Below are positions 11,427 through 23,968 of a stretch of DNA of 64,000 nucleotides, in pieces (within the stretch, counting starts at the first letter, position 1; every line of letters starts with the position of its first letter). The stretch comes from Penicillus capitatus (Eukaryota; Plantae; Chlorophyta). The stretch lies in contig OZ287694.1 of the NCBI GenBank assembly GCA_965649825.1, positions 62,001-126,000 of the forward strand, in the 5' to 3' direction. The notes under the pieces were generated by a model. That model was given only the letters and a program-made list of their open reading frames with translations. It did no database searches and was not told where the DNA came from. The translations under genes and the position numbers were made by a program.

Positions 11427-13752
11427 CCAAATCTTTGACAGTCACATCAAGAAAGGTCGATTTTGCGTCTTCGTGGCAATTAAGGCACCCGACGGAAAAG
11501 TGCTAAATGAGAGGGGAAATGCACAGAAGTGAAGTTTCAAACACGCCTTGTGAAGGAAAGGGGTTGCTATGCGATAGAACACCATACGCGAGGTACACAA
11601 GTGACCTTCCTTTCCTCTCGCCGTCCGAGCATCTCGCAACCGAACGAGCTTTTCGTCCATGATGTCTGCCGCCGGTCGGCCGAACGAAACGATTTAACAG
11701 CGGAAGACTCTTACAAGTAATCGGAGCAAGGTCCGGAAAGGTTAAGAATCAGTCATTTATACATACATGATGAAAAGACTGTCTAGGTGGATGAGTCGTC
11801 ACATGTCCAGAGCCAGAAAAGAAGGCCTCGGATGAGTCAACCAGTGCCCCTTGGCAGGAAGAATCCTTCTTCGACAAGACAGTCACATCGCCCGGCGATA
11901 GTCCCTTCCATCGCCCGCCCGCTTCCTTTCCAACAAGACAGCTCCGTTGTGACCCGTCCCTTCAAGTTTTATCGGCCTCATCTTGCCTATCTTGTCGACA
12001 CATGACGCTTTCAATTGTTGCCAGCTTGGCGTCTAGCTTGCTGATTGCACGCGCTGTGGCGTCGACGTAAGTTTGGGTCAGGCGCCGGTGTCGTGTTTGA
12101 ACGGACGAGTTAACGACGAAGGCGTAAAGCTTACAAAGACTGTTCTGACAATTACTGTTCGGTCTTTATACGCGTCGATGTGACGTTTGACGCGTCCCGT
12201 GGCAGCTGCACGAAGGTGGACAGCTGTCCACTGACACCGGTCGCTGCTTCCGGAAGCATCGTAAGGAACTAAGAAACGATATAATTAACACAGGAAGTCG
12301 TGTCTGAGAACTCACATGGATCTTCGAAGTACTCGTGTTTGTTGTTAAGAGCGTATGGTATCTGAGACAGTCTGAGCTCTTCGGTGGAGATGAGGCTGTG
12401 AAAAAACTGGTGCACAGCTTTGTTTCCTTCGAATGCGTTGTCTATACGTTTGCTTTGTTGTTGCATGATTCGATCCCTTTGAACTCTTGCGCCTCCTTTG
12501 TCCTTGTCGCCAAGATTCTCGTGAAGACGTGACTGCCTTGGAGGAGATAGGTCATGTGCGCGAAGGAGCGCTCGCTGTCTGTCTTTTCACACGAAGTCCG
12601 GCTGCGTCACGGGACGCGGTTCTCTGGTTCTGAGGCTTTGATGACGCAACTACCTAGAAAGTCACGTCATCACGCTCATACTTAATGGGCCATCAAAACT
12701 ATTCCAGACTTTGCTCTGTAAACAACACAAATCTTCCGCTGTTGAGTTCGTTTGGCGCAGCGCCTTCGCGTGACAGGTTTCTTCTTGATTGACACGAAAA
12801 TGGTGGATTATCATAGTTCACTCCGTGATCTATGTGGCAGATTCTTCTGCTCCAAACTCTTCACACGTAAGTTTGTTTGGCGTTGAAGCTTACACGCTAT
12901 ACAAACGTAGAGACTTTATACTCTTCACGAGTCAATCACCTTGGATTCTTTCTTGATGATTGCCCAGAGCTTCCTCACCTGGATCGTCTACAAAAAGCCT
13001 TCAATATTAGATAGATCTATAGCCTCAAGTGTACGACGTCTGCCAATACCAAACTTTGAATGATGCACATATCTTACTTTGCTTACACGCCCAATACGCC
13101 GACTGTATCGTTCTCCAGAGGCTGTTCATTTCTAAAATTCTCGAAATCGAGCAGAACGCGTGGTTTGTGGAGATTAAGCATTCTTTCGAATAGCTTTCGA
13201 TGAACACGTTTGAGACACAGTCACCCGAAGGAAAGGCCAGATCTATTCCCTACAGTCTAAGTGACTGTTCTCGTCCTCTTCCAAGCTAGCAGCTATCGCA
13301 GACACGCAAGGCATTCCGTCGGAGAACTGTTTCGTTTTGAATGGCGATGGTATTCAGTGTGCGTTTCTAAACTATGCCCAGCATGATCAGAAGTGTGCAT
13401 TCGGAACATACACATTCGGATGTCGACTGCGCCTTGGTTCTTGTCCACAAAAAATGAACTCTATGAGACTCTCTTATCTCTACCGAAGGCAAAGAAATGC
13501 AAAACTTCGCTTTCCCTTACAGTTGTTTGCAGGATGTCCACTAATTGTCATACCCTTGCATCTGCCGTCTGTTACGCGCAAGATGCGCTGATGTCTCCAA
13601 AAAGATGAAAGGAAACTGTCAGCGAGTAGAATTGACAGAAAACAGAGTTCCTATGGCCTCATGTACGCCTGAGTTGCTACACATTAGGTTCCGTCCAACA
13701 AAACGGATGCTCAAGACTTAGCAGACCGATCGGAAAATGCATGTTGTCGTTC

Positions 13753-14422
13753 TCAGGTGGTCAAGCACAATGCCGTAGCATCGCCACTGGCCTCAGCACT
13801 GACATCAACGGTCACATCATCATGTACTTTATGTGTCTTGATCTCTGCCTCCATAACAGAAGCGAGAACCTTTGCAAGACACTCCGGACCAATGGCATAC
13901 GCCTCAGCAACGACGGAAGCGCGGATTTTGCCCTTGGCATTTCCTTTATCTCCCGCTGGTATGGACATAGAACGCCATCTCGCCTAGTTATCGAATTCTG
14001 AAGCGCACGCACGTACCTTCGCATTCGGGTTCCCCGAAGAACTGGATGAAGGCTTCGCTCGTTGCGAATTCACCAAACAGTTCTTTTTCGGGTTTCGTCT
14101 TGTCCTTCTCTTTCACGAGGCATTTCTTCCCCGTTCCCACGACGTGGATGCGAAATTAACCCGTCAGTTTCGTTTTGGAAACGGAGTCTCCGCTTCCAAG
14201 CGCTTCTAAACAACGCGGTTCGTTGGCGACCAAACGCCCTCTCACTCTTGAGGTGGACCTACCTACCTTTGGATTACGGTCCCTTGACCTTGTCCTCTTT
14301 TTTGGCTTGGCCTGGCGGCGTTGCGGGCTTACCATTTTACTGCGACGATGCGTGGACGAGACACACGGTCGCGAGCCCACTAAGAGCACCACGAAGAACG
14401 CCTTTTTCATACTCTGCGCCAT
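13753..14422 (-). pseudogene. Secreted 4-Cys protein family, copy D; apparently disabled
   Basis: G*FRIHVVGTGKKC has TAA at 14156-14158 in place of the family Trp. There is a likely 1-nt frameshift in the signal peptide and two more TAA codons in the best exon-1 frame. The C-terminal exon is intact (KIRASVVAEAYAIGPECLAKVL...ALCLTT). Confidence 0.7.
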
Positions 14423-14711
14423 TGAATCCAAACAAACAGCGAGCTCTGGATGATGTCCGCGGATGCAGAGACGGCGGCAAGTTGACGAATCCAACGAACA
14501 GCGTACGGTTAACGACGATCTCCCGCTGCCCATAGGGAATACGCAAACTGACCCTGCAAGGCTCGACGGACCCAGCTCGTCGACAGTGACGCCGAATACG
14601 CTCGTCGCCAACATTCGCGTCTGATGTTGTCGAAGAAAACGCGTCAGCGACACGAACGGAATCTTTCTGTGCTTAACAAGATCTCCCTTCATCATGTAAA
14701 GTACTGTCCTC

Positions 14712-17700
14712 TCACTCCGCCTCACTCATTTCGACGTCCGATCCTCCCGTCTTCACATCGAGGTCGAATTCGTACTCCTGATCGCATCCCATATAAGAAT
14801 CGCACATAAAGAACAGCGTCAACCCATGCGTTCCTGCAACAACACGAACGCCGTCATCTTCAGGGCGATGATACGACGCAAGCTCACCTGCTTCCTGAGG
14901 AGCCACGAAATCCAATTTGACTTTAGATTTGAACTGGAGCGCCACTCTCTTGATCGCGTAGAGCTGGTTCTGCTTTGGCGATCCCACGACCAGCCACCAC
15001 CCTTCGTCCTTGCGCTTTGGATAGCTACACGTAAACGGAGATCAAAATCAGACAGTTGATGACCAGACGCACCGTGGCGCGTCCACTGGACGAAGGCTGG
15101 CGGTGTCTTCGTTCGCGACGTCCCGCTCCAGGAGCACCGTCATCGATACCGGATCTCCCGTTCGGATGGCGTCAGCATTGAGCACTTCGAAGTTGAGCTG
15201 GACGTCTGGATAGCGGCGACAGAACTGATCCACGTCACTCAGCTGCTTCTCGTTCATTTTGAGCAGCGCCTCGCGTTTCGACGCCTCCATGTCCACCAAA
15301 TCGAACACGGACTCCAGACCCTCCTCCGTCATCTGCTGACAGAGCTGTCGCGTGAAGTGCGGTACTTGCAGCAGCGGCGGATCCCGATCCCAAAGTCCTT
15401 GCGTCACCATCTGACTGACCTCCATAGCCGCCAGGGCAGGCGAGAGCCATCCATTGGAGGCAACCACGTCAACCATCGACTGCAAAAGACGCGTGGACTC
15501 CAGCAGCACTCGACATTGGTCCAAGTGCAAATCCGCTGCAGACAGACAACCGTCAGTCCATCAGCCAGGACAGTATTCGCGTGAGGATCTCACTTCCGAT
15601 CCGCGTCTGGGAGAAGTGTGCCTGGAGCAAGGCGTTCACTTTGACGTGGGGATCCGTGTACTTCGGCGTGTCGATGGCGATCGGTGCATGAAGCAGGAGA
15701 CGTCTCAGTACTTGGTCTTCTCCCGCCCTCACCGGCAGATCGTCAAACTCTGCCGCGGCTGAGAGAATCTCGATCAGTCCCTTCATCTTCGTCTTCTCCG
15801 TCAGAGACGCCGAAAAGAGCTCAATGGTTGTGAAGTTCACGTAGTAGTAGGCAGAGATCATTCCCAGGTTGAGAGGCGAGAGATGCATTTCGTCCTCGAC
15901 AGCAATCACTTTGGACTGCTCCAACTCAGACAGCGTCGTCTCAACCAGATCCGACAGATGGTCGGACAGGTGTCGGTGTGTGACGCCCTGGAGGTTGTAG
16001 TAGTTGGGATTCTGTCGCAGCCGACCGTAGAAAAACGTCCACGTCAGATAGTCTACGGCATCTTGCTTGTCTTCGATGGTTCGGGTCACGATCTCGGCCG
16101 CAAAGTGATTGCCGAGAAAGTGATCCAGGTGACTTTCGACGGGGAAGGGCTCGAAGAGAAACTTTTTGTAGTAGTCCTTTCGCGCTCCGTGGCACATGAG
16201 GACGCAGCGACTGATGTCGTCCTTCAGCGGGCGACTGGCATGTCCCATCATTTGAAGGAGATCGGTGATGGGGTAGTCCGTCCCGCCGGAGCCGCCAGAT
16301 CCTTCGTAGCTCTGCGTTCCCATAATGATCACCAAATGGCACGTCGCGTGGACACTCCTACGCAGAACAGACAAAAGCGCACCGTTTGAGCACGAGGACA
16401 GCGAAAAGAGAGGGGTTGGACGAACCAGCACATGGCGGCTGTGACGACCAGGACTTGAATGGCGCCTGCTCTGAAGAGGCGCAACACCGATTCGCGGGCG
16501 ACGTCTGACATCGATTCGTGCAGAAAACCGACACCGTACTTAAGAGAATGCTTCAACGCCGCCTCTTTGATGACACCTAGCGCATCACTCAATGCACTCT
16601 CCTCACACTAACAACCAGAAGAACACGTAGGCACATTCAATCACCGCCAGCCGAGACGCACACCTTGAGGAATCTGGCAGGGTCGCCGTCGGCTGCCGCG
16701 TACATCAGGAGATCGAGGGTCGTCAGTCGTGCGTGCTTGCGTGTAGGGACGAAGACAATCGTCGGCTTCGATGCCCCTGCGTAGTGATCGATGTGCGCGT
16801 ACGAGGGCCGCGACATCGCCTGCATCCTCGACTCGAAGTTGGCAATATCAAACCCCTGGATCTGGATCTCCAGTGGCACTGGACGAACGCTCGGCGGAAA
16901 ACTGAACAGACTGTGAGACGTCACTTCAATCCACTCCCCCAGATCTCTGGCATTGGCGACAGACGTGCATAATCCCACCAAACGGATCGGCCGCTCCACT
17001 TTGCTACTCATGTACCGCATACGGGACACGATGACTTCGATGATGGGACCTTTGGCGCCGCCGATCAGATGCAGCTCGTCGATGATGAAGAGATCCACGT
17101 TCTGCACGTTTTTTCTCTGCTTCCAGCGCCGACTGAGCATGTCCCACTTCTCTGGTGTGCTGCAAATGATGTTCCCTTTCTCCAAGAGCTTCAAATCTGT
17201 GGCTGTCTCGCCGGTCAACTCCACGACCGTCATCCCCAGTAACTGTCCAAATGTGGCCGACCAGGAAACGCACTGCATATGGACGACGCTGTCGAACGGG
17301 GCAACGTAGACGCAGCGGATGCCAGATTCGGCCTTGGTCATCATCATCGCCCTCAGAATGGCAAATTCGGCACAGACCGTCTTCCCGCTGCCGCTCGGCG
17401 CCGCCACCAGACAGTTGTCATCTGTCGTGTACAGCGCCGTAAAGACTTGGGTCTGGATCGGATTGAAATGCGTAAAACCTTCAAAGAGCTTCTCATACGT
17501 CGGATTCTTCAACGCCGTCGTGGGCAGCGGCTGAAGATCCAATAGCTCCGTCGGCGGCGCATACTTCTCCGGCAGAATCAGATTACGAAACGACGCCGGC
17601 AGGACGCTCTCACAGTTCAGCCAGCGATCCGAGATCACACGGATGTAGTACTGAGGCGGCATGGGGTCAAACATCGGCACAGTGAAAGAGATGTGCGTAT

Positions 17701-20700
17701 CTGCCTCATGAAACTGCTTCTTCAGCAGGAAGTACTCGTGATGCAGGACCTTCTCAGAGTCTTGATCTTCCACAATGATCCAGAACGGCTCAACGAATCC
17801 ATGCACGCTGTCCTCCCACTGATAGTCCGGCGTGATGGTGAGATCGATTTTGAGGACGGAGCGGGTGATGGGCTGAATCTGGGCCGCCAGTTCCAGTCGA
17901 GGGAATTGGTGGATCAGTCGATGGAGGAGCTTTCCGAGTCGTGGCTGTCGGATCAGCTCGCCCAGTTCCTGACTCGACAGGTCATAGTATCGCTCCCACG
18001 GCAGATCCTTTTTCTCCAGCTTCAGGAGAATGTCCCGCTGAATGTTGGGAAACTGTCTGAGGGGCGTCTGACTCGCCCACATGCGTTTCTGCACCATCTT
18101 ACAGAGATTGAGCGCCTTGTCTGCCACGGCCGCCCATCCTCTCTTGAGTGCAATCTCGAACACGCATCGCATCAAACGGGCGGCGCTCTGTGTGACGTAC
18201 ACCATGTCCGACATCAATGCCAGTCCTTCCAGTCTGAGATTGGAGATGTAGGCCTGAAGCAGGACATTGATCTTGGCAGACGGCTCCTCGACGCCTTCCT
18301 TCACAGGAATAGGCACACGTTCGATGAGCTTGGCCAGTTCCAGTTTCTCCTCCTCCCGCACCACGATGTCTTTGAATTCGTCCGACAGAGAAAAGAGGCG
18401 ACAGATCTCGATGTCCCCCATCGTGGGCTTCAGGTATTGGTTGAAGGTCGCGATCGATGTGTAAGACACGTAGTAATGGCTGGCAATTCTGCCCAGATCT
18501 GTCACCTGGAAGACTCCGGTACGTCGATCGTATTTGATGAGATTGTTGCGATCGAGTAGGACGGCGGCGGTGTGACAGAGGTCCATCATCTGCTCCTTCA
18601 GTGTGGGATCCTTGAAGGGCACGTCCAACGGAACGCTGTACAGGTCAGGGTTTTTCAGCATTCGGATGTAGAGATAGGTATATCCCAGCCATTCCACGGC
18701 GTCCTTGACGTTCTGCACCGTTCCCAGAACGATCTCTGCGTTCATGGCATTGGGAAGCGCCGCAATGAGCTGAGATTCGATGGCCAGCTGCTGGTTGAAG
18801 AGGGAGAGGTAGTACTGCAGCTCCGTTCTGCCCGTGATGATAATACCCTCTCCATACGAGTCGTACTGCGGTCGTCCAGCTCTGCCAAACATCTGCATCA
18901 CGTCCAGGGCATCGAGCTCATCCCAGCTGCCTTTCTGAGGATTGTAAACCTGTGTGCCCTTGATGATGACGGTATGCGCCGGGAGATTGACACCCCATGC
19001 CAACGTCGCTGTCGACACGAGCACCTGAACGTGGCCATCTGAAAACAGATCCTCCACCAGGGATCGATCCACTCGCGGCATTCCAGCGTGGTGAATGGCA
19101 AATCCAAAAGGAAGCAGATCTTTTAGATCAAGATCCTTGCACGCCTCCGCTTCCGTCTCCAGAATCTCCCGAGAAGCCGAGTCTTCGGGGATGAACTTGA
19201 TCAGGGCGTCATTGGCCAGCGCCTTCTGTTTAATGAACCGCGCCGTTTTGGCCGTTTCTTTGCGGGAATGCACGAAAACCAGAACCTGTTGCTGTCCAGC
19301 CGACAGCATCACTTTCTCGTAGCAGATCTCGTTCATCAGCTGGAAACGCTGAAAAGGTTTCTTGACGGTCACACCGACGTACTGCTGCGCCAAGGGACAC
19401 GGCCGATAGGAATTGTCAAAGTAGAACAGCCCCTTCCCGCTCTTGACTCTCAGTAGCGCCGCCACGTCATCGTAGTTTGGCAACGTCGCCGACAGCGCCA
19501 CGATGCGAATCATCTCCTGCGTCGATTCGATGTGACGCAGCGTCCGGGCAATGATGCTCTCGAGCACTGGCCCACGACTGTCGTGCAGCAGATGAATCTC
19601 GTCGATGATCAGCAGACGGACCAGATTCGTGTACGTCCGATCTCCAGACTTGCGTGTGATGATATCCCATTTCTCCGGAGTGGTGACAATGATCTGCGTC
19701 TCTTCGATTTCGGAGCGGGTCAAATTGATATCGCCCGTCAGTTCCCGCACCACAATGCCAAACTCCTTCAGGCGATTGCCAAAGTTGCCAACCATTTCGG
19801 CGACCAGTGCCTTCATGGGCGCCACATAGACGATCTTGAACGCGTCTTTGTCCAACTCGCCATCCGACTTCGTATGCAGACCAATCTGATGCAGAATCGT
19901 GAGCATGGCCACGTTCGTCTTGCCGGATCCCGTCGGGGCACAGAGCAAAAGATTCTCGGCCGAAAACATCGCCGTCTCGTACACGCGACTCTGGATCCTG
20001 TTCAGCGCCGTCATGCTGCTGAACGCTGGCTGTGCCCAGGCTGGCATGCTGGAGATCTTCACCAAAGACTCGTCGGCTTTGAAAGGCGTCGGCTTCGGCG
20101 CCGGGATGTGCACTTCTTCGTATCCCTTCAGCGCCGTGCGGTAGGATCCTTCGGGCAACTGACAGCTACGGTTGCTCATGAAATGCCCTTCCTGTGCGAA
20201 GCGCATCTTCTCCAGATCCAGCATCTTACGTTTGGCACCCGCCTCTCCATGATCTTCTCTGTCTTTCGCGCCGCCGTTTTTTGTGTTGCGCGATTTGAGT
20301 TTTCTGGCCTCTTCGCGAATCGAACGCTCCATGGCGTCTTGCCGCTCACGTGCACTCGACCGCGTCGTTTTGAGTGCATCGAGAATGACGCTGAGCTCCA
20401 CGGACTGCCCCATCTGCTCCTCGATCGCACTCCTCTCCTTCTCATCTTGCGCCCGGGCCAGTTTCATACACCAGACGATCTTCAAACGATTCACCACGAG
20501 CTCCTTGATCAGATCAAACTTCTCATAGTCCAACAGTGCCACCAGACGATTCTCAACCTCCCTTCCATCCTCCTCCTGGTCGGGCAAAGAGTGCGTGATT
20601 AGACATTGTAACAACTGGCAGCAGAGATCTCGAACCTGCAGTGCTTCGAACACTTCTTCTGCCAGTCTTTTCGACGTGTTGGCCTCAATCCCTTCAAAAC

Positions 20701-21800
20701 TCTTCGAAATTCGACGCTGAAGCCAATAGGCATCGATTTCCTGAACGATCGGCCCTGCAGCAGACATCCCTTTATCGACGAGGGAGTGATTCGTGGATGC
20801 CACCTGTCTTGTCACTGTCGATAGGACCTTCCCCTGTCTCCTCATCCACCTTCATGCCCATCTCCTCGGTGTCTTCCTCTCCCTCCGTTTCTGCCTTCTT
20901 CGCATCTTCCCTCTCCTCCTCTTCCTCGTCGCTTCCCTGAGACCGAATCTGGCGAATCGGATGAGAGCTACGACCCATACCATGACTTCGTCGAGTTCTT
21001 GATCGTCGTCCTCTTCGTCCTCGTCCTCAAATTCGACAGCGACGCCGAATTCTGTCTCCATGTTATCCATTTCCGCCGCATCTTGATTTCTAGTGACACC
21101 GCCGCCGTCAGCTGTCACATCAGATGTGGATGGGTTACACATACCTCTCTTCCTCTGGAACAAAATCCGTCATCAGCTTCCCGATAGCGACAAACCGTGC
21201 AAAGGCATCCGAAGACATCGATCCCAACAACGCCTCGCACTCTCGATGCTTCTCCGGATCCTAAACGTCCCATCCATCAGCGTCACTCTTTCTCACACAT
21301 CTCCCCACTTGAAGGCGATCCGTTCGCAGAACCGTCAAAACTTCTTCGGCTGCACCGAAGATGACGTCCTCAGGCTGATCCCCAAAAAAGCGCTGCAGCA
21401 TGCTGAGCAGCGCCTCGTAAGCGTCGCGCGTTTGGCGCGTCTTGGGTCGATAGAAACCAAACGTCTCGACGTCGAGCACCGACACACCCCCTCGCAGTTT
21501 CTTCGTCCTTCGCGTCTGTTGTCGTCCTTCGATGTCCACCTCCGCTTCCATCTGTTCTTGGCTCTTTCTGAGCTTCGCCTTTCGCTCTTCGAGTCCTTCC
21601 GGTTTGCTGAACTCCACTCGGTCGCCCATCTTCCCTCGCATACGTCCCCACAGCGACTCCGGCTCGCCGCTCGGTTCATGAGAATCGCGGTTGCGGGTGT
21701 CTGATGTCAGTACGAGACTCGAATTCGCCTTGTACTCATACTGCTTTGAACGCGCGTGCGCTTCTGCGCCGCCGGCCTTCTTATCTTGAGGCGTCGGCAT
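14712..21800 (-). CDS. BRR2: U5 snRNP 200-kDa RNA helicase Brr2
   Basis: [21 protein letters not shown]-terminus; two DEIH/DELH helicase cassettes ([17 protein letters not shown]); Sec63 domains; C-terminal [13 protein letters not shown]. Confidence 0.97.
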
Positions 21801-21864
21801 ACGATGATGATCCGAGAAAATCGTCGACACAATGCATTATCCAAAACGCATTACATCATTCTTT

Positions 21865-23954
21865 CTAGTTCAGGAGAAAGTCCGGAATGATGGCCGACGA
21901 TCTGTTCTTTTTCATTTTTCGCTCCCTCTCCATAAGCGCAGCTAATTCGTCATAATTATCTTCTTCTTCGTCGAAAGTCTTATAAAAGGAACCACGTGGG
22001 AAGATCTTCACTTTTGCTGCATCTTCTGGTCGCATGTTGGCCAATTTTTCCATCAGTGATTCCAAGTCCGTCACCTCAATGTTCGCGGCATCTGGCGGCG
22101 CATTAAAAGAGTGAGATAAAAAGAGTGAGAGGTAGGATCCGGCTGACTTGACATTTTTTCGGGGAAATAATAGTGCTCAAGTAAAGCCATGGACCGATAC
22201 GCCTCTATGTGTTTCAGCACTTTCCGCACATGTTCAGCTTCCTCTCCCTTGAGCTTCTTCAACTGCATCGCACGGGTGCCGATAAGTCACATCAAAGAAA
22301 GAAACTGCCGGACCTGTTTTCGACAAGTATCTTCTGCCTTCTTATAGTGTTCATTGAGAACGTCTTTGGTACGGAGCGACCTTTTAAATGAATTTTTAGC
22401 GGTTGCACGCATGAAGCAATCCAAATCTCTGTAGGACATAAAGTAAGGAACGGCCTTCTTATCGCCCTAATCCACACACACTCACAAACGCCACAGTTCC
22501 GGCAGGGTATGATGGGTTACCATTAAGAGGCCGGTACAAGCGTAAACAGGCACACCTTTGATGATGATATCCTCCAACTCCTTCTCTTGCGATTTTCTGT
22601 ATTTTGCTTCCCAAGGTGTTTCCGTTTCCCTTCTGTATTCCTCTTCTATGAGTGAAGCCAACTCTTCCTGTGATAACTCAGCCACATTTTCCGTCTCTGC
22701 AATCCTCATTGCAATTTCGTCGATCTTTCTTTCTATCTCCGCTTCCCTCTCTTGCCTTTCTTTCTCCTCAGCCTCCTTGTCTATTCCGTCCTCCTCAGCC
22801 TCCTCGTATACTCCGTCCTCCTTGGCCTCCTCGTATACTCCGTCCTCCTTGGCCTCCTCGTATACTCCGTCCTCCTTGGCCTCCTCGTATACTCCGTCCT
22901 CCTTGGCCTCCTCCGCCTCTGGTGGCGGCGCTAGTGGCGACTCGGTCTGCTCTTCGGCCGATGTTTCGGACACCGATTCCTTCGCGTCTTTATCTTTCTT
23001 CTTCTTTGCTCGCCTTGCTCGCCTCTTCTCTGCCTTCTTGAGTTCCCTCTCTGCTTTTTTGAAATACTTCTCCATTTCTTTATATTCCTCCTGGTCGATT
23101 TCTTCGTTCCTCTGCATTTGAATGAGTTTCGCAGCGTAGTAGACCTCCTGTCGATCCGGAACAAAGAAAAACGTCTGTTGCTAATACCACATCTGCATCA
23201 GGAGAGACGTTCAGAATGGGGCTGACTAAACCTTTCGACGGAAACGTCGTTTCTTGAGAAAACTCTCGTAGATAAGACTGAGCGGAAAGATACCGACCTC
23301 CAAATCAACATCTTCGTACTCATCATACTTCTTCTTTATCTAAAAGAAACACCCAATGCGTCACTCGATCCGAACACAACGCGTGCGTGCTTCTCACTTT
23401 TTTAATCATTTCGTGTGCTGACGCTTCGTTTAGAAAGACAAAGGAACCGGGACAGAACTTCTCCTGTTAACCGTTCGGGTCATGAAGAAACGATGGAAGA
23501 TGGCTTACGTCGGACGACAATGACATGAGGCCTTTATCCGGGTGCACCACAATATAAACGAAAACGGGAAAGAGCTTCTTTTCGAGATCTTTTTTGCCGA
23601 GGGCCAGTTCTCCGATAAGATTCGGACGAAAATTGCCAGAGATGGTCTAGGCGCACAGATGGTGGTTTGACGTCGATCTGGAGTGCACGGGATTGAGCGA
23701 CGTACAGCGAAGGCGGGCGCCGAAGAGATGGGACGTTCCAAATGCGACAGGCAGTTCTGTAGACGATGACCCGCTTCGCGCCGCACATGGTCGATCGCCT
23801 CCGCCACTTGGTTCTGTTTCTTCGCCGCCTCTCTGCGGATGTGACGCAGACCACCGAGCACGGCATGTGAGGTCGCCTCAAGTGCACCCTTCCATGCGAC
23901 CTCCTGAGGCAACGGCAACCGAAAAGCACGTCTTTGACGAGGTTCCGACGACAT
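21865..23954 (-). CDS. Divergent Tic22-like protein (copy 2) with an acidic repeat insertion
   Basis: Spliced exons give KKLFPVFVYIVVHP...LSSD, VGIFPLSLIY, TFFFVPDRQEVYYA, GVPVYACTGLLM|GDKKAVPYFMSYRDLD and IEVTDLESLMEKL...KIFP, collinear with Tic22 motifs. Confidence 0.6.
22790..22912 (-). repeat. 27-bp coding tandem repeat (EEAKEDGVY x about 4.5)
   Basis: Unit CCTCCTCGTATACTCCGTCCTCCTTGG on the + strand; near-perfect copies with no spacers. Confidence 0.9.
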
Positions 23955-23968
23955 AACCCTCAAATGCG

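Noticed and set aside
11700-13700. Short ORFs in the 11.7-13.7 kb interval, including a signal-peptide-like MTLSIVASLASSLL at about 12002
   Set aside because: I could not build a consistent spliced model or recognise any motif; treated as non-coding or decayed sequence.
14156-14339. TAA/TAG reassigned to Gln (the code used by some ulvophytes) as an explanation of the in-frame stops
   Set aside because: Long conserved ORFs (BRR2, PUF6, pol) have no in-frame TAR, many genes end in TAA or TAG, and one stop replaces a Trp rather than a Gln.
15883-20602. Long plus-strand ORFs (up to 356 aa) opposite BRR2; similar ORFs opposite PUF6, ABCC, GT31 and pol
   Set aside because: Antisense shadows expected from codon bias in GC-rich CDS; no motifs.
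16637-20845. Stop-free in-frame introns read through in long ORFs (BRR2, ABCC, GT31)
   Set aside because: Expected by chance for introns of about 45-60 nt at this GC content; not evidence of regulated retention.
22790-22912. 27-bp repeats here, and the 27-bp and 9-bp repeats at 51021 and 52065, as CRISPR-like arrays
   Set aside because: Head-to-tail copies without spacers, in frame within coding sequence.
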